Below, piece by piece: positions 1 to 11,731 of a DNA stretch of 64,000 bases. This stretch comes from Octopus bimaculoides. Its lineage: Eukaryota. The translations under genes were made by a program, and so were the position numbers. Location of the stretch: NCBI RefSeq assembly GCF_001194135.2, contig NC_068997.1, positions 39,072,150 to 39,136,149 of the forward strand, given 5' to 3'. Below the pieces are notes generated by a model. The model worked only from the letters and a program-made list of their open reading frames with translations, made no database searches and had not been told where the DNA came from. How positions within the stretch are numbered: position 1 is the first letter of the stretch; each line of letters starts with the position of its first letter.

Positions 1-28
1 ATATATATATATATATATATATATATAC

Positions 29-177
29 GACTTTTTCAGTTTCCGTCTACCAAATCCACTCACAAGGCTTTGGTCGACCCGAGACTATAGCATAAGCCAC
101 TTGCCCAAGGCGTCACGCAGTAGGACTGAACCCGGAATCATGTGGTTCGTAAGCAAGCTACTTACCAAACAGCCACA
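29..177 (-). mobile_element. tRNA-derived SINE family A, 5' head
   Basis: Reverse complement reads gtggctgtttggtaagtagcttgcttacgaaccacatgattccgggttcagtcctactgcgtgacgccttgggcaagt..., the same head as copies at 1786, 22372 and 53216. It has tRNA-like A/B boxes and runs into (TA)n. Confidence 0.85.
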
Positions 178-899
178 CAACAACATGAAATACGCAAACA
201 ATGAGAGAAACAGATGGAAAATAGGACAAGTAACACAAAGAACGACCCTTCATCAGTTGTCTTCTGTCCATCTACTCCTCATTTCGAGCATTGAACGACA
301 ATATGAGTCTTCGAAGACAGTTGCTCCCATAAGTACCATTATAAAATTTGGAAATTAGGGAGGGTTAAAGTTAGGAACAAAAACAGAATAGTGGAGACAT
401 ACAAGGAAACCGAATGAAAATAGACATGGAGGGTCGTTAGACCAGAACGAAGATAAAATAGCGAACGGTGGAGAAATATTTTCTTTGAGAAGAGATGAGA
501 TACTAGAGAGAGATAGCATACGTCCAGTCCTTAGAACAGTCTTGAAAGAAAAGAAAGATGATCACGTGAGGAAAAGAAAGATGGTCACATGTGATCAACG
601 ATAGAGAGAAAAGGAGAAAGAGGAGGAAGAGAGAGAGAGAGAGAGGGAGAGAGAGAGGGAGAGGGAGAGAGAGAGAGGGAGAGAGAGAGAGATGGAGAGA
701 GAGAGAAAGAAAGAGAGAGAAAACGGTGAAGGGGAGAAAACAGGAATTAAAGAAAAGGATGAGAGAGAAAACTATGGTGGAGGAAACAGTATAGAGTAGA
801 GTCGCATCAAAAGGCTTAAGATAAACTTACTTGGAAACGGATGCGCGAGGTTTCCTTGTTATAAACGTATTATTGCTGGATCAGTCATTTCGGTATTTC

Positions 900-1290
900 C
901 ATGAGCCTTTGTATTATTGGACTTTTCTTTCGACTTCTCTTTGTACGTCTGTTCCCTTAAATGTTTTTGTTATTTGGTTTTTGAGTCATTTGTACCCTGT
1001 TTTTCTATTCTGTTGATGCGTCTAGTAGTATTGTTATTAGTTGATTTATACCCTTTTCTGTAGTTTATTGTCTATATTGGTTTGTTCTTCCATTGTTATT
1101 ATTTGTAAGTGTTTTATGGTTGCTGGGTTTGTTTTGGTATGAATTGAATTTCTGCCCATTTTCTTGCTTTTACATACGAGACGTTATGGGTTGTCATCTC
1201 GGATTATTTTTTGGTCTCTCTTATAAATTACCACGGAAGGGGTTATGGTTCTTTCTGTTGTTGTTATGTTGTGAATTTTAAAGACTTTTA
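900..1290 (-). mobile_element. Degenerate LINE ORF1 (gag-like, I/Jockey-group) remnant
   Basis: The minus strand gives fragments VIYKRDQKIIR / MTTHNVSYVKARKWAEIQF, resembling the post-zinc-knuckle 'NISYxEARK' motif of I-group ORF1. It is heavily frameshifted. Confidence 0.35.
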
Positions 1291-1319
1291 TGTCTACTTT
1301 TAATCGTCACCATCGATCA

Positions 1320-1490
1320 AAGTACTTATGTTATCGTTTTAAAGCGAGTACTTATTCTGTCTGTCTCTTTTGCCGAATCACTAACTTTCGGGGACGTAAA
1401 CAAATCAATACCCGTTGTCATGCGGTTTTAGTGGGGGTGTATGGCAAATGCAGACACAGAAGCACGCACAGATACAAAGACACATATAGG
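1320..1490 (-). mobile_element. SINE family A, 3' body
   Basis: Reverse complement is similar to 1965-2090 (tgtttgtcccc...gacaaccgatgctggtgtgtttacgtcccc...ggcaaaagagaccgatagaataagtact). Confidence 0.7.
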
Positions 1491-1785
1491 TAAACATGCA
1501 CGCACATACACACAGAATCACATATATACATGAACTTTTGATCAGTTTAAATTTGTTTGGAACACACTTGATCCTGTAAAGGCTTTCACTGTAGTGAAAA
1601 ACTTCTCGCTTGAGAACATCATAGCCAACTCAGAGCATCCTCGGTGAACCGGGAAGCTTAGTTCTCTTTGTAGAAAATCAGTAAACAATATGCACTAATT
1701 AGTGCGAGGAGGCTGCTAGGCCGAAAACAGCAAGTAGTTACTCGAAGCAGTAATGGAAAATAAACAAAGTTCAAATATATTTCGG

Positions 1786-2168
1786 AGCTTGCTTACGAAC
1801 CACATGGTTCCGGGTTCAGTCCCACTGCGTGACACCTTGGGCAAATGTCTTCTACTATAGCCTCGAGCCGACCAAAGCTTTGTGAGTGGATTTGGTAGAC
1901 GGAAACTGAAAGAAGCCCGGCGTATATATGTATACATATATGTATGTGTGTGTGTGGGTTTGTGTGTCTGTGTTTGTCCCCCAACGTCACTTGACAACCG
2001 ATGCTGGTGTGTTTACGTCCCCGTAACTTAGCGGTTCGGCAAAAGAGACCGATAGAATAAGTACTAGGCTTACAAAGAATAAGTCCCGGGGTCGATTAGC
2101 TCGACTAAAGGCGGTGCTCCAGCATGGCCATAGTCAAATGACTGAAACAAGTAAAAGAGTAAAGAGAG
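1786..2168 (+). mobile_element. SINE family A, near full-length copy (slightly 5' truncated)
   Basis: tRNA-like head (ggttccgggttcagtccc), an 'accttgggcaaatgtc' segment, an internal (TA)/(TG) tract and a tail ending gaaacaagtaaaagag. Confidence 0.9.
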
Positions 2169-2844
2169 TATATATTTGAACCTATGAAAGCTTTTTCATT
2201 GCAGTTTGCCCTGAAGAAATGCTTTCCACTTTGGACAAAAAAGGTGTGAGAACACCACGGTCCCCACAGCAAACTGCAGTGAAAAGATTTTACAGGTTCA
2301 AATATGTCCCAAATATAATCGAACTGATCTAACGTGTCTTGATTTTTCGTCATTGCTTCGCGCAGGAATTCTCCTAATAATACCAACAGCGTTAGTATTA
2401 TTATTTTTCCTATTTTGGTTGCTTTGAATATATAAGCAACGGTAAATATGCTTTTCGCATATCACGTATGATAGTTTGGACGTGCGTCTGACGAATTGTC
2501 ATTCCTCGCTATTTCAGCCATGCATAATCTGATATAAGTCTTGTGTAATTTACCACAAATAATTATTTACTTTCATCGAAGCGGAAAAGCACTGAAAAAA
2601 TTGTGACTAATTATGTGCTGATATTTTCATCTCCATCATCTTTTTAGTCTACGAAAGTACACCTCAATTCATTCTCTCACTGATAGGTATCTAGTTTTTC
2701 TGCACCAATGAACTATATTTTATAGAATCATTACATTAACCATCCGTCTTAAAATGTAGGTACCGCGGATTTCTACTGAGTTCTGCATAAGGAATACACC
2801 GATGTATTTTAACAAATCCAAATTTTAGTTATGCATAGACATAA

Positions 2845-2859
2845 TTGCACACACACACA

Positions 2860-2915
<56 letters not shown>
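2845..2915. repeat. (CA)n microsatellite next to an assembly gap; representative of many (CA)n/(TA)n/(GA)n/(TATC)n/(TATG)n tracts in the window
   Basis: Directly visible. Other examples: 8920-9000, 10415-10530, 17575-17700, 33285-33352, 38530-38620, 58860-58980. Confidence 0.95.
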
Positions 2916-3769
2916 NNNNNNNNNNNNNNNNNNNNNNNNNNNNNNNNNNNNNNNNNNNNNNNNNNNNNNNNNNNNNNNNNNNNNNNNNNNNNNNNNNNNN
3001 NNNNNNNNNNNNNNNNNNNNNNNNNNNNNNNNNNNNNNNNNNNNNNNNNNNNNNNNNNNNNNNNNNNNNNNNNNNNNNNNNNNNNNNNNNNNNNNNNNNN
3101 NNNNNNNNNNNNNNNNNNNNNNNNNNNNNNNNNNNNNNNNNNNNNNNNNNNNNNNNNNNNNNNNNNNNNNNNNNNNNNNNNNNNNNNNNNNNNNNNNNNN
3201 NNNNNNNNNNNNNNNNNNNNNNNNNNNNNNNNNNNNNNNNNNNNNNNNNNNNNNNNNNNNNNNNNNNNNNNNNNNNNNNNNNNNNNNNNNNNNNNNNNNN
3301 NNNNNNNNNNNNNNNNNNNNNNNNNNNNNNNNNNNNNNNNNNNNNNNNNNNNNNNNNNNNNNNNNNNNNNNNNNNNNNNATATATATATATATAAAATAA
3401 AAGAAGGAAAATGCACACAGTTTACATATTTTTTAATATTATAAGTGAATGAGTATTGTGTTTGTCGACCGGTTTCGCTTTCGCTAATCATGACATTGAA
3501 ATTGTTATAATTTCATATTTAAAAAAAATTTTAGTCCATGTTGTGTGTGGAAAAGTTTGTTAATGAATGATTCAGTAAGTAGAAAAATCTAAGGGGAGGT
3601 AATTGGTGATCATTATTATTGGGGACAGGGGAGATAAACTGCTCATCTTTCGGGGAGGCGATAGATATATAAACGAAAACTCAAAAGTTAAAGTTGTGAG
3701 ATGAAATATATACAGTGACAAGTATGTGATCATGAATTAAAATATATACTGAGACCAGTCTTGGTTATG

Positions 3770-3985
3770 CGTTCATATATAGACGTTCTGTATTTTTCGA
3801 TGAACAAATTTTCTTTATTTAAACGTTCTTGTACAGAAATTATTTGTTTGCACAGGTAGATAGAAAAACTGTGAAGTGTAGTTGGATATTACCTGCACAT
3901 CTCTCTATGTGTTCACTCAAAGGAATCTGTCTGTATTGCGGGAACCGGATCTGTTCCTTATGTAGTGTGGTTCTCTATCCCAGTG
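3770..3985 (-). mobile_element. Penelope-like element GIY-YIG endonuclease remnant
   Basis: The minus strand reads LHKEQIRFPQYRQIPLSEHIERCAG...VQERLNKENLFIEKYR. It resembles the PLE endonuclease C-terminus and the fragment at 55720-55950. Confidence 0.6.
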
Positions 3986-3991
3986 TCATAC

Positions 3992-3993
<2 letters not shown>

Positions 3994-4058
<65 letters not shown>

Positions 4059-4098
4059 TAATGATAATAATAATAATAATAATAATGATAATAACAAT
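3994..4098. repeat. (AAT)n tract at the 5' junction of a Dong-like element
   Basis: Directly visible. Confidence 0.95.
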
Positions 4099-5387
4099 GA
4101 ACCACCTCCTCTTCATGGATGATTTGAAACAGTATGGCAAAGATGAGACACAAGTGAGTTCCTTGGTGAACTCGGTCCACTGTTTTAGTACTGATATTAG
4201 AATGGAATTAGAATGGAATTAGAATGAATTGCGGAGTAATCTACCTAAAAAGAGGCATAGTACAGTCCCTAACAGGGATAGAATTACCAAATAGAGACTT
4301 GAATAAGCAAATTGAAACGGAAGGATACAAATATCATGGTGTACAAGAATGCAACGAGATAATGGAAAACGAATTGAAAGTGCAACTGCGGATGGAGTAT
4401 TTCCGAAGACTGAGATTGGTGCTGCGCTCAAAATTGACTATATGGAGTAAAACCCAAACAGTTAATACGTGGGCGATAGCATCACTTCGGTATGGAGCAG
4501 GAATTATAAAATGGCAAAAGAGAAAAATGAAGAAAATGGATACCAAGACCAGAAAAATGTTGACAGTACACGGAGCTTTCCATTCTAAGAGTGACACAGA
4601 TAGGCTGTACTTATCCCGAAGAAAGGGTGGGAGAGGTTTGAATTGTTGCCAGGACAGTATCGAAGCAGAGGCAAACAGCCTAGGGTGGTATATAAAAAAT
4701 GCCGTGGAACCACTGTTGAAACATACGAAAGCCGGCGTCATCAAATGCAGAATGTGTGGTGAGAGGGATGAAACGGTGTGGCACATCGTTAGCGAATGCC
4801 CGAGATTAGCACAACGCGAATACAAACGATGCCATGACAATGTGGCAAGAATGATCCGCTGGAAGCTCTGTGGAAATCAGGGCCTACAAAGAGCAAAGAT
4901 GTGGTATGAACAAACACCAGAAGGAGTCACCGAAAATGAGAACTGCAATATCCTGTGGGATGTAGTGACCCTGTGCGATCACTTGACCAGACATAGGAAA
5001 TCAGACATTGTTGTGGTGAATGAAAAAGGAAGAACATGTATGATTATTGACATAGCATGCCCCGGTGACAACAGGATCAATGTGGAAGAAGAAGAAAAAA
5101 TAAACAACTATGACAATTTGAAGTGGAAAATACGATGGTTGTGGTCAATGAAGAGACAAGACGTGATATCAATAGTAATTGTTGCACTTGAAAGTATCAA
5201 CACTCAACTACCAACATGGCTAAAAAAAGATCGGTGTGAGTGTGAAGGCAGAACACTTACAAAAATCAGCATTGCTTGGAGATGCAAGAATCTTTCGCAC
5301 GGTTCTTGAAGCATGACCAGTAAACAAGTATCACCTTAGTCTGCTGGCTGTGGACAGCTGACACTTTCCATCATACCCAAGCGAAAC
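4099..5387 (+). mobile_element. R4/Dong-like RLE non-LTR retrotransposon, 5'-truncated, frameshifted, internally deleted
   Basis: Starts at the RT active-site motif NHLLFMDDLK. It continues through the thumb region (GGRGL), a CCHC knuckle (CRMCGERDETVWHIVSEC) and the RLE (KSDIVVV...IIDIACPGD). An 11-nt triplication (attagaatgga) near 4197-4228 shifts the frame. Confidence 0.9.
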
Positions 5388-5716
5388 GGGCTGATTACTA
5401 CCTAGCTCAGATACCAGGAAACCCCAAAATGGCTGAAGTTCAAAAGATAGTGCTCATGGGAACTGCCCATATCCTACGTAAAATACTGTCAATGTGATCT
5501 CAAATTTTAAGACAAACACATAATTTTCTTATGGTTTCTTAAACATTCTCTAGAACAATACTATGTACAAAACCAAATATATGGCACCCTAGGCATAACA
5601 CCTACATGAACTTCTAACTTGTTGTCTCTTGAGGTCTCTGGGTGAGACTTGGATCCAACTTGTACAAATGCAAAGCAAAAGTCAAACATAAAATAATAAT
5701 AATAATAATAATGATG

Positions 5717-5783
<67 letters not shown>
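5388..5783 (+). mobile_element. Short Dong-like 3' end (ORF C-terminus + 3' UTR + (AAT)n tail), copy 1
   Basis: Encodes ADYYLAQIPGNPKMAEVQKIVLMGTAHILRKILSM*, homologous to LQKTALLGTARILRKVL at 7.8 kb. A ~200-nt UTR and (AAT)n follow. Confidence 0.85.
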
Positions 5784-5784
<1 letters not shown>

Positions 5785-5990
5785 CCTTTGTACTATAGGC
5801 ACAAAGCCTGAAACTTGGCGGTAGAGAGCTAGTCAATGACATCGACGCCACTGAGTAACTGGTGCTTATTTCATCGATCCCAATAAGATGAAAGGCAAAG
5901 TTGACCTCGGTGGAATTTGAACTCAGAATGTAAGGACAGATAAAATGCCGCTAAGAATTTTGCCTGGCGTGCAAAATGATAGCAATGATA
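5784..5990 (-). mobile_element. tRNA-derived SINE family B
   Basis: Shares the core (rc) gttctgagttcaaattccaccgaggtcaactttgcctttcatc with copies at 19950, 29977, 46545 and 47538. Confidence 0.85.
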
Positions 5991-6008
5991 GCAAAATGAT
6001 AGCAAAAG

Positions 6009-6305
6009 GGGCTGATTGCTACTTAGCTCAGATACCAGGAAATCCCAAAATGGCAGAAATTCAAAAGATAGTGCTCATGGGAACTGCCCATATCCTACGT
6101 AAAATACTGTCTATGTTAACGTCAAATTTTAAAACAAACTCATAATTTTCTTATGGTTTCTTAAACATTCTCTAGAACAATACTATGTACAAAACCAAAT
6201 ATATGACACCTTAGGCATAACACATGAAATTCTAACTTGTTGTCTCTTGAGGTCTCTGGCTGAGACTTGGAGTCAGCTTGCACAAATACAAATCAAAAGT
6301 CAAAC

Positions 6306-6368
<63 letters not shown>
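6009..6368 (+). mobile_element. Short Dong-like 3' end, copy 2
   Basis: About 90% identical by eye to 5388-5700, with the same 5' start (gggctgatt), ending in (AAT)n. Confidence 0.85.
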
Positions 6369-6371
<3 letters not shown>

Positions 6372-6639
6372 TATATTTTAAAAAAGATTGACGTAACTCT
6401 TCACGAAAGTAAATAGTCAAGACGAAGAGCGCGATTCGATTGCAAGATATTTTATTAGTTGAACGATATTTCAACAGTTCGTCTGTCTTTGTCAAGTTTA
6501 AAATAAGAAGTGAGAAAAATTCAAAATTACGGAAATTTAAACGTAAACTATGAACGAGAGTAACCAGCGTCCATACGTTGATGGAATGACATCATCAGCT
6601 TTTAAGTTTTATAACAGACAGAAAGAAAGAAAAAAATAG

Positions 6640-7010
6640 AAAATGGACAAAAGTGAGTATATTTCGGCTTGTGAAGAAGTTTTAAATGACAAAACTTCAT
6701 ATGAAGAATTACCTGTCGATCCAAACCCCAATTACAGAGAGGAACTTGACAAAATAATTCTGGAAATGGAGGAAAACAATTTCGTTAATAAGACTGAATC
6801 TAGGATTTTAAGGTCAGAAAGAAGAACACCTGTATTTTATGGTCTCCCTAAAATACACAAAAAGTTCGAAAGATTTCCTCCAATACCCCCAATTTGCAGC
6901 GGATATGAATGCTGTACGGCTAAAATTTCGCAAAACGATCAAGTTCCTACATTTTGAATTTTTGATCACCTCTTGTTTTGAACTTGACAAAGATAGATGT
7001 ACTGTCGAAA
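6640..7010 (+). mobile_element. Penelope-like element reverse transcriptase N-terminal remnant
   Basis: MDKSEYISACEEVLND...TPVFYGLPKIHKKFERFPPIPPICSG matches the PLE RT 'FYGLPKIHK...PLRPIVS' signature. Confidence 0.8.
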
Positions 7011-7047
7011 TATTGTNNNNNNNNNNNNNNNNNNNNNNNNNNNNNNC

Positions 7048-7135
<88 letters not shown>

Positions 7136-7953
7136 GACAATTTCATAGGGATGTTGAAGATAAGACACAGAGAAAAAAGATGGCTGTGGATCACTAAAAG
7201 TGATTTAAAACCGGAAACGGAGGCTCTAATCAGTGCCGTCCAAGAGCAAGCACTAAGAACAAATTACATAAAATACAGACTAGATAACAAATCAGAAAGT
7301 TGTAAGTGCAGAATTTGTGGACAAAATGGTGAAACCGTTATGGCATATTACCAGTCAATGTATGCCATTAGCCCAGAAGGAATATAAGAGACGCCACGAC
7401 AATATAGCAAGGCTTGTCCATTGGATACTTTGCAACAAGTATGGACTTGACAGAGTAAAAATTGGTACGACCATAAACCCGAAGGTATCATCGAAAATGA
7501 TAATGCAAAGATCTTGTGGGATTTTATGATTCAGTGCGACCATGAGGTAGAAAATAGAAAGCAAGATATAATCTTAATTGAGAAAGAAAACAAACTATGC
7601 TGGATCACAGGTATAACATGCCCAGTTGACAACAAGGTGTGCGATAAGGAAGAAAGAAAAGTCGATAGATATGACAGGTTAGCTTGGGAAGTTAAGTAAT
7701 TGTAGTCGATGAAAAAGATGGTAGTAGTAACAATAATTGTCGGAGCCCTGGGAACAGTGAGTAAAAATTTTCAGAAGTACATGGAACAAATAGGAACTGC
7801 AATAAGGGTGGAGCACTTGCAGAAAACAGCACTGCTTGGAACCGCTCGAATACTCCGGAAGGTGCTCGAAAACAAAAGGGGTGTTACCTTAGTTGACTGG
7901 TAGTGAACAGCTGACACCGTAGTACATCTCCGGCGTTAGAAGCTGTGCAAAGC

Positions 7954-8003
<50 letters not shown>
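7136..8003 (+). mobile_element. Second R4/Dong-like RLE element 3' part, flanked by (AAT)n on both sides
   Basis: LWITKSDLKPETEALISAVQEQALRTNY...CRICGQNGETV, WDFMIQCDHEVENRKQDII...ITCPVD and LQKTALLGTARILRKVLE. (AAT)n lies at 7048-7135 and 7954-8003. Confidence 0.9.
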
Positions 8004-8005
<2 letters not shown>

Positions 8006-8530
8006 TTAAAGCCCTGATGCAGTACCAGGCAGTGGCTCTCATGGCTTTTGATCTTATCATGAAAGTTTATCATGAAACTGCTTTGTCTTGGAATAAAAGA
8101 TGGGCTACAACAAATATTCTGCTCAATACCACAGATTTTCTTGTCAGTTGTTTGACCATAACCAGTTGAGCATGTCCCTTGGTGGTTGTTAATATACGCA
8201 TCTCTGATCACGAGCAGAAGTAGTTGGGGAGAATCATAGCCATATCTTGAAAGGAATTCTTTGGGGCTTGAATAATTCACCTTTCGGGTTTGAATAATAA
8301 GGAAACAAACCTTATTCAGGGACCTTTTGAGCAGGATGAGCTACTTGACGTGAACAAAAGATTCTAACTGGGCCCCACCTGCATGGTCATGCACTGTTTA
8401 TCTTGATATGAGATCACCATGTCACGCACATATAGTTTTGATGCCTGAGTCTGGTGGATAGTCATGATGGGTATAATGGGCTTCGTATATTTTACCTCAG
8501 TGTCATTTTGATGGCACGCACTGCTCTCTC
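8004..8530 (+). mobile_element. Non-coding interspersed repeat ending in an (AAT)n tail (candidate non-autonomous retroelement)
   Basis: GC-richer 0.5-kb block preceded by (AAT)n and ending ctctcactcaatgataataataat. It has no credible ORF. Confidence 0.45.
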
Positions 8531-8921
8531 ACTCAATGATAATAATAATCACGTGTTGTAAGTAAGATGTCGTTTGGTACACTTTGCATATATAAGCATT
8601 ACCAATTACAGACATACTTAATTTATGTGCGTTGTTAAACGATTGAAGCAGCGGCATTTCGTCAAAGTAGACTCTTTTGAAGATATATAGTGTTAAAAAA
8701 CACTATACACTTCATTGGTAATCAAAGTGAAACCGCCCCGGAATTGAACATGAATGATATATTTCGCAGTACTTTCTGCTTACGACAGCCATTTACTCGC
8801 CCCACTTCTGAAACGAACACGAGTTCGCTTAAAATCCATCTGCTGTCGCACAAAAGAGCCGCACAAGTAGAACAAAATCCAAATTTTGTGTTAGAAGCAG
8901 CTCAATAAAGTATTATTGACA

Positions 8922-9004
<83 letters not shown>

Positions 9005-9365
9005 CACTCACATACTAACACACACACACACTTACACATATACACACATGTGTATCTTGTTAAAATCATATGATAAGCGTTCTACCATTGTTGATATATT
9101 CATATATGAAGATCAACGTAAATACATATATATGAGTATATAAATAAACAAATTGTTATATATTGCAGGAAACATTGTCAAAACAGGGATTCGTACTGTT
9201 ATAACCGACCAAATAGACAATCAATTGGCAACAAGATTGAAGTTAAATATAACCAGTGTATGTGTTTCTGTTGAGCATATACCCCCCGCCAATACAACGT
9301 TATCAGTTTCAACACACGACTGCTCATCAAGAACCTTGCAAAATTAATATAACAAAGCATATATA

Positions 9366-9409
<44 letters not shown>

Positions 9410-9412
<3 letters not shown>

Positions 9413-9884
9413 AATAGCACGCATTCTGAGGAATACCGGGAAGACCACTGGGAGAGAAGCACCCCTTAGTTTTTGATAAAGCATGTTTCTTGGAGAAGAT
9501 CATTCTGATATAATACTAGATCTGTAGGGAATAGCATTGAACATCTTGGAGATCTTTAACCTATGCTTGAGAGCATGATGAGCCCACATTTCTGTGTTTG
9601 CGACCTATATTGGCACCGGATATCTTGCCCTAGATTGTTCCTGGGTCATCTTAGTAGGTTAGAGAGTGTATGTAAGGTGCTCTGCAAGTCCTGTTGAACC
9701 TAAAATTTTAGGTTGTGCAATCGCCAGCGAGGCGATTTTCCGATCCCCGGTCGAAATGGAAGCCGCAGATACGAACCTGGGTGAAGCTGACTGTGGCTGC
9801 AATAATATTATGCACGGGCATTGCAGGTATTTTGCATGGGCAATGGTCAACGACGGTCTTACTTGGTCACGAGTGGACAGCCAT

Positions 9885-9926
<42 letters not shown>

Positions 9927-10330
9927 TGTGTACGTGCGTGTGTATTTTTTCTTTATTCAACATCCGTTTTCCATGTTGGCATGAGTTGAGCGGTTCGAGA
10001 TTATCCGATGAGCTGGCGGACCGCATCGTGCTAAATAACTGCTCTGGTGTGGGCATTAAGGATGGTTGGCCTCTCTAACCACAACAGAGTGAATTGCATG
10101 ATATTTTTTGTGGCATAGCACTAGTTTTCCGTCTTAGGACTTCAAGAGTCTCCTATAATTCAAGCGGAATAGTTGGGAGAGAGTGCAGTATTTCTCGGTG
10201 GAGTGATAAGAAAGTATAAAGTCTGAAGGGAGGAACATGTTGATAGTTGTGTGAAAGTGGTAGTAGGGAGAGTAACGAGACAGACCCTATTGGAGGAGTG
10301 AGTATGGACAGGTTAAAGGATAGAGCGAAG
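9410..10330 (-). mobile_element. Degenerate non-LTR retrotransposon remnants, clade unresolved
   Basis: The minus strand has a retroelement-like 3' tail (caactcatgccaacatggaaaacggatg, 9960-9990) and decayed coding-like segments (e.g. KMFNAIP). It is interrupted by (GT)n. Confidence 0.3.
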
Positions 10331-10410
10331 TGGATGACGTTGGTTATGTATGGGGCTTAACCCACACTATAGGTGCGGAATGTATGAGGAGAAGCAAACA
10401 TAAATGAGTG

Positions 10411-10532
<122 letters not shown>

Positions 10533-11466
10533 GAGTGGAGATCTGGAGAGATTTATTGAAGAGAAGTGAAGTGTGTGGTCGTAGTATAAGGGCAGAGCTT
10601 GATTTGTGCCATTAAAAACAAAAGTTTCTGTGATTTTAGTGAATAATTTTTCATAAAGTTTATAGTTAATCTCACTATTGAATCAATTGCTTTTGAAAAT
10701 ATTCTACTCATCAATTTAATATGATTAAAAATATTAACTCGGGAGGAAGTCTATTTTAAACTGTGTTTCAAATATCATCTGGAATAAACGATTCATCGTG
10801 GCCTTTCCGAGTTATTTTGTTACTTCTCTTAATTTATTCAGTTGCAGTATTTCACCCCATCTCCTTTAGCTTCTTAACCTCTCCAACTAACAGCGTTGCC
10901 CTGTTGTCTTACTATAATATTTTATCTTGTTGATTCCATTCTTCTGATAAGTCATACAACTGTAAACAATTACATCAGTTTATTTTATCTGATGGCATTA
11001 CTGATGAGATCTTTTATCTTTTACTTGTTTCAATCATTAGACTGCAGTCATGCAGGGGCATCGCCTTAAAACTTTTTGTCGAATGAATTGACCCGGAACC
11101 ATGTGGTCGGGACGCAAAATTCTTATCACACAGCCACGCCTGCGCTTAGATTCACAACATCGGTTCTTCAGGATGCCAACACAGCCGGGAGAACTCGCCG
11201 CATTTTGTTCCATTAGTGGCATCGAAATAGCAAAACTAGATTCAAAAATCTTCTTCTTGTACCCCGTACAAAAGGAGTTCATCTGTACCCGCGAATGTAA
11301 AATTAAAATATTGCATGACTGAAGAAAAATAAACCACAGAATAGGATGAAACATGTTATCAGGGTGAAAGATATCAAGTACCTTTTAAACTTTGCTTATC
11401 CCCCCTCTCTCTCCCTATCTCTGTACTATATTGAAGTAGAGCTGAAGTAAGTTACTAAGCAATAAA

Positions 11467-11519
<53 letters not shown>

Positions 11520-11558
11520 ATCACCATTAGCTGCAACAACAGAGTAACATCGTGATGG

Positions 11559-11603
<45 letters not shown>

Positions 11604-11695
11604 CGACGACGACGATGATGATGATGATGATGATGATCATCATCATCATCATCTACCTCATTCATCTTCATTGCTAACCATACGTTTACAAAACT

Positions 11696-11731
<36 letters not shown>

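Noticed and set aside
230-330. CTGATGA on the minus strand near 250-256 as a hammerhead
   Set aside because: No GAAA box follows a credible stem II.
2825-3491. Long ORFs containing X runs (also 12188-13050, 13456-14209, 18637-19417, 21900-22409, 23050-24309, 45540-46539, 49701-50479, 52410-53126, 59700-60612)
   Set aside because: They are open only because they cross assembly gaps and flanking dinucleotide repeats.
3829-4222. Poly-N/I/Y, HT/CV/YI, ER/SL and poly-R/F ORFs throughout the window
   Set aside because: Translations of microsatellites with no coding signal.
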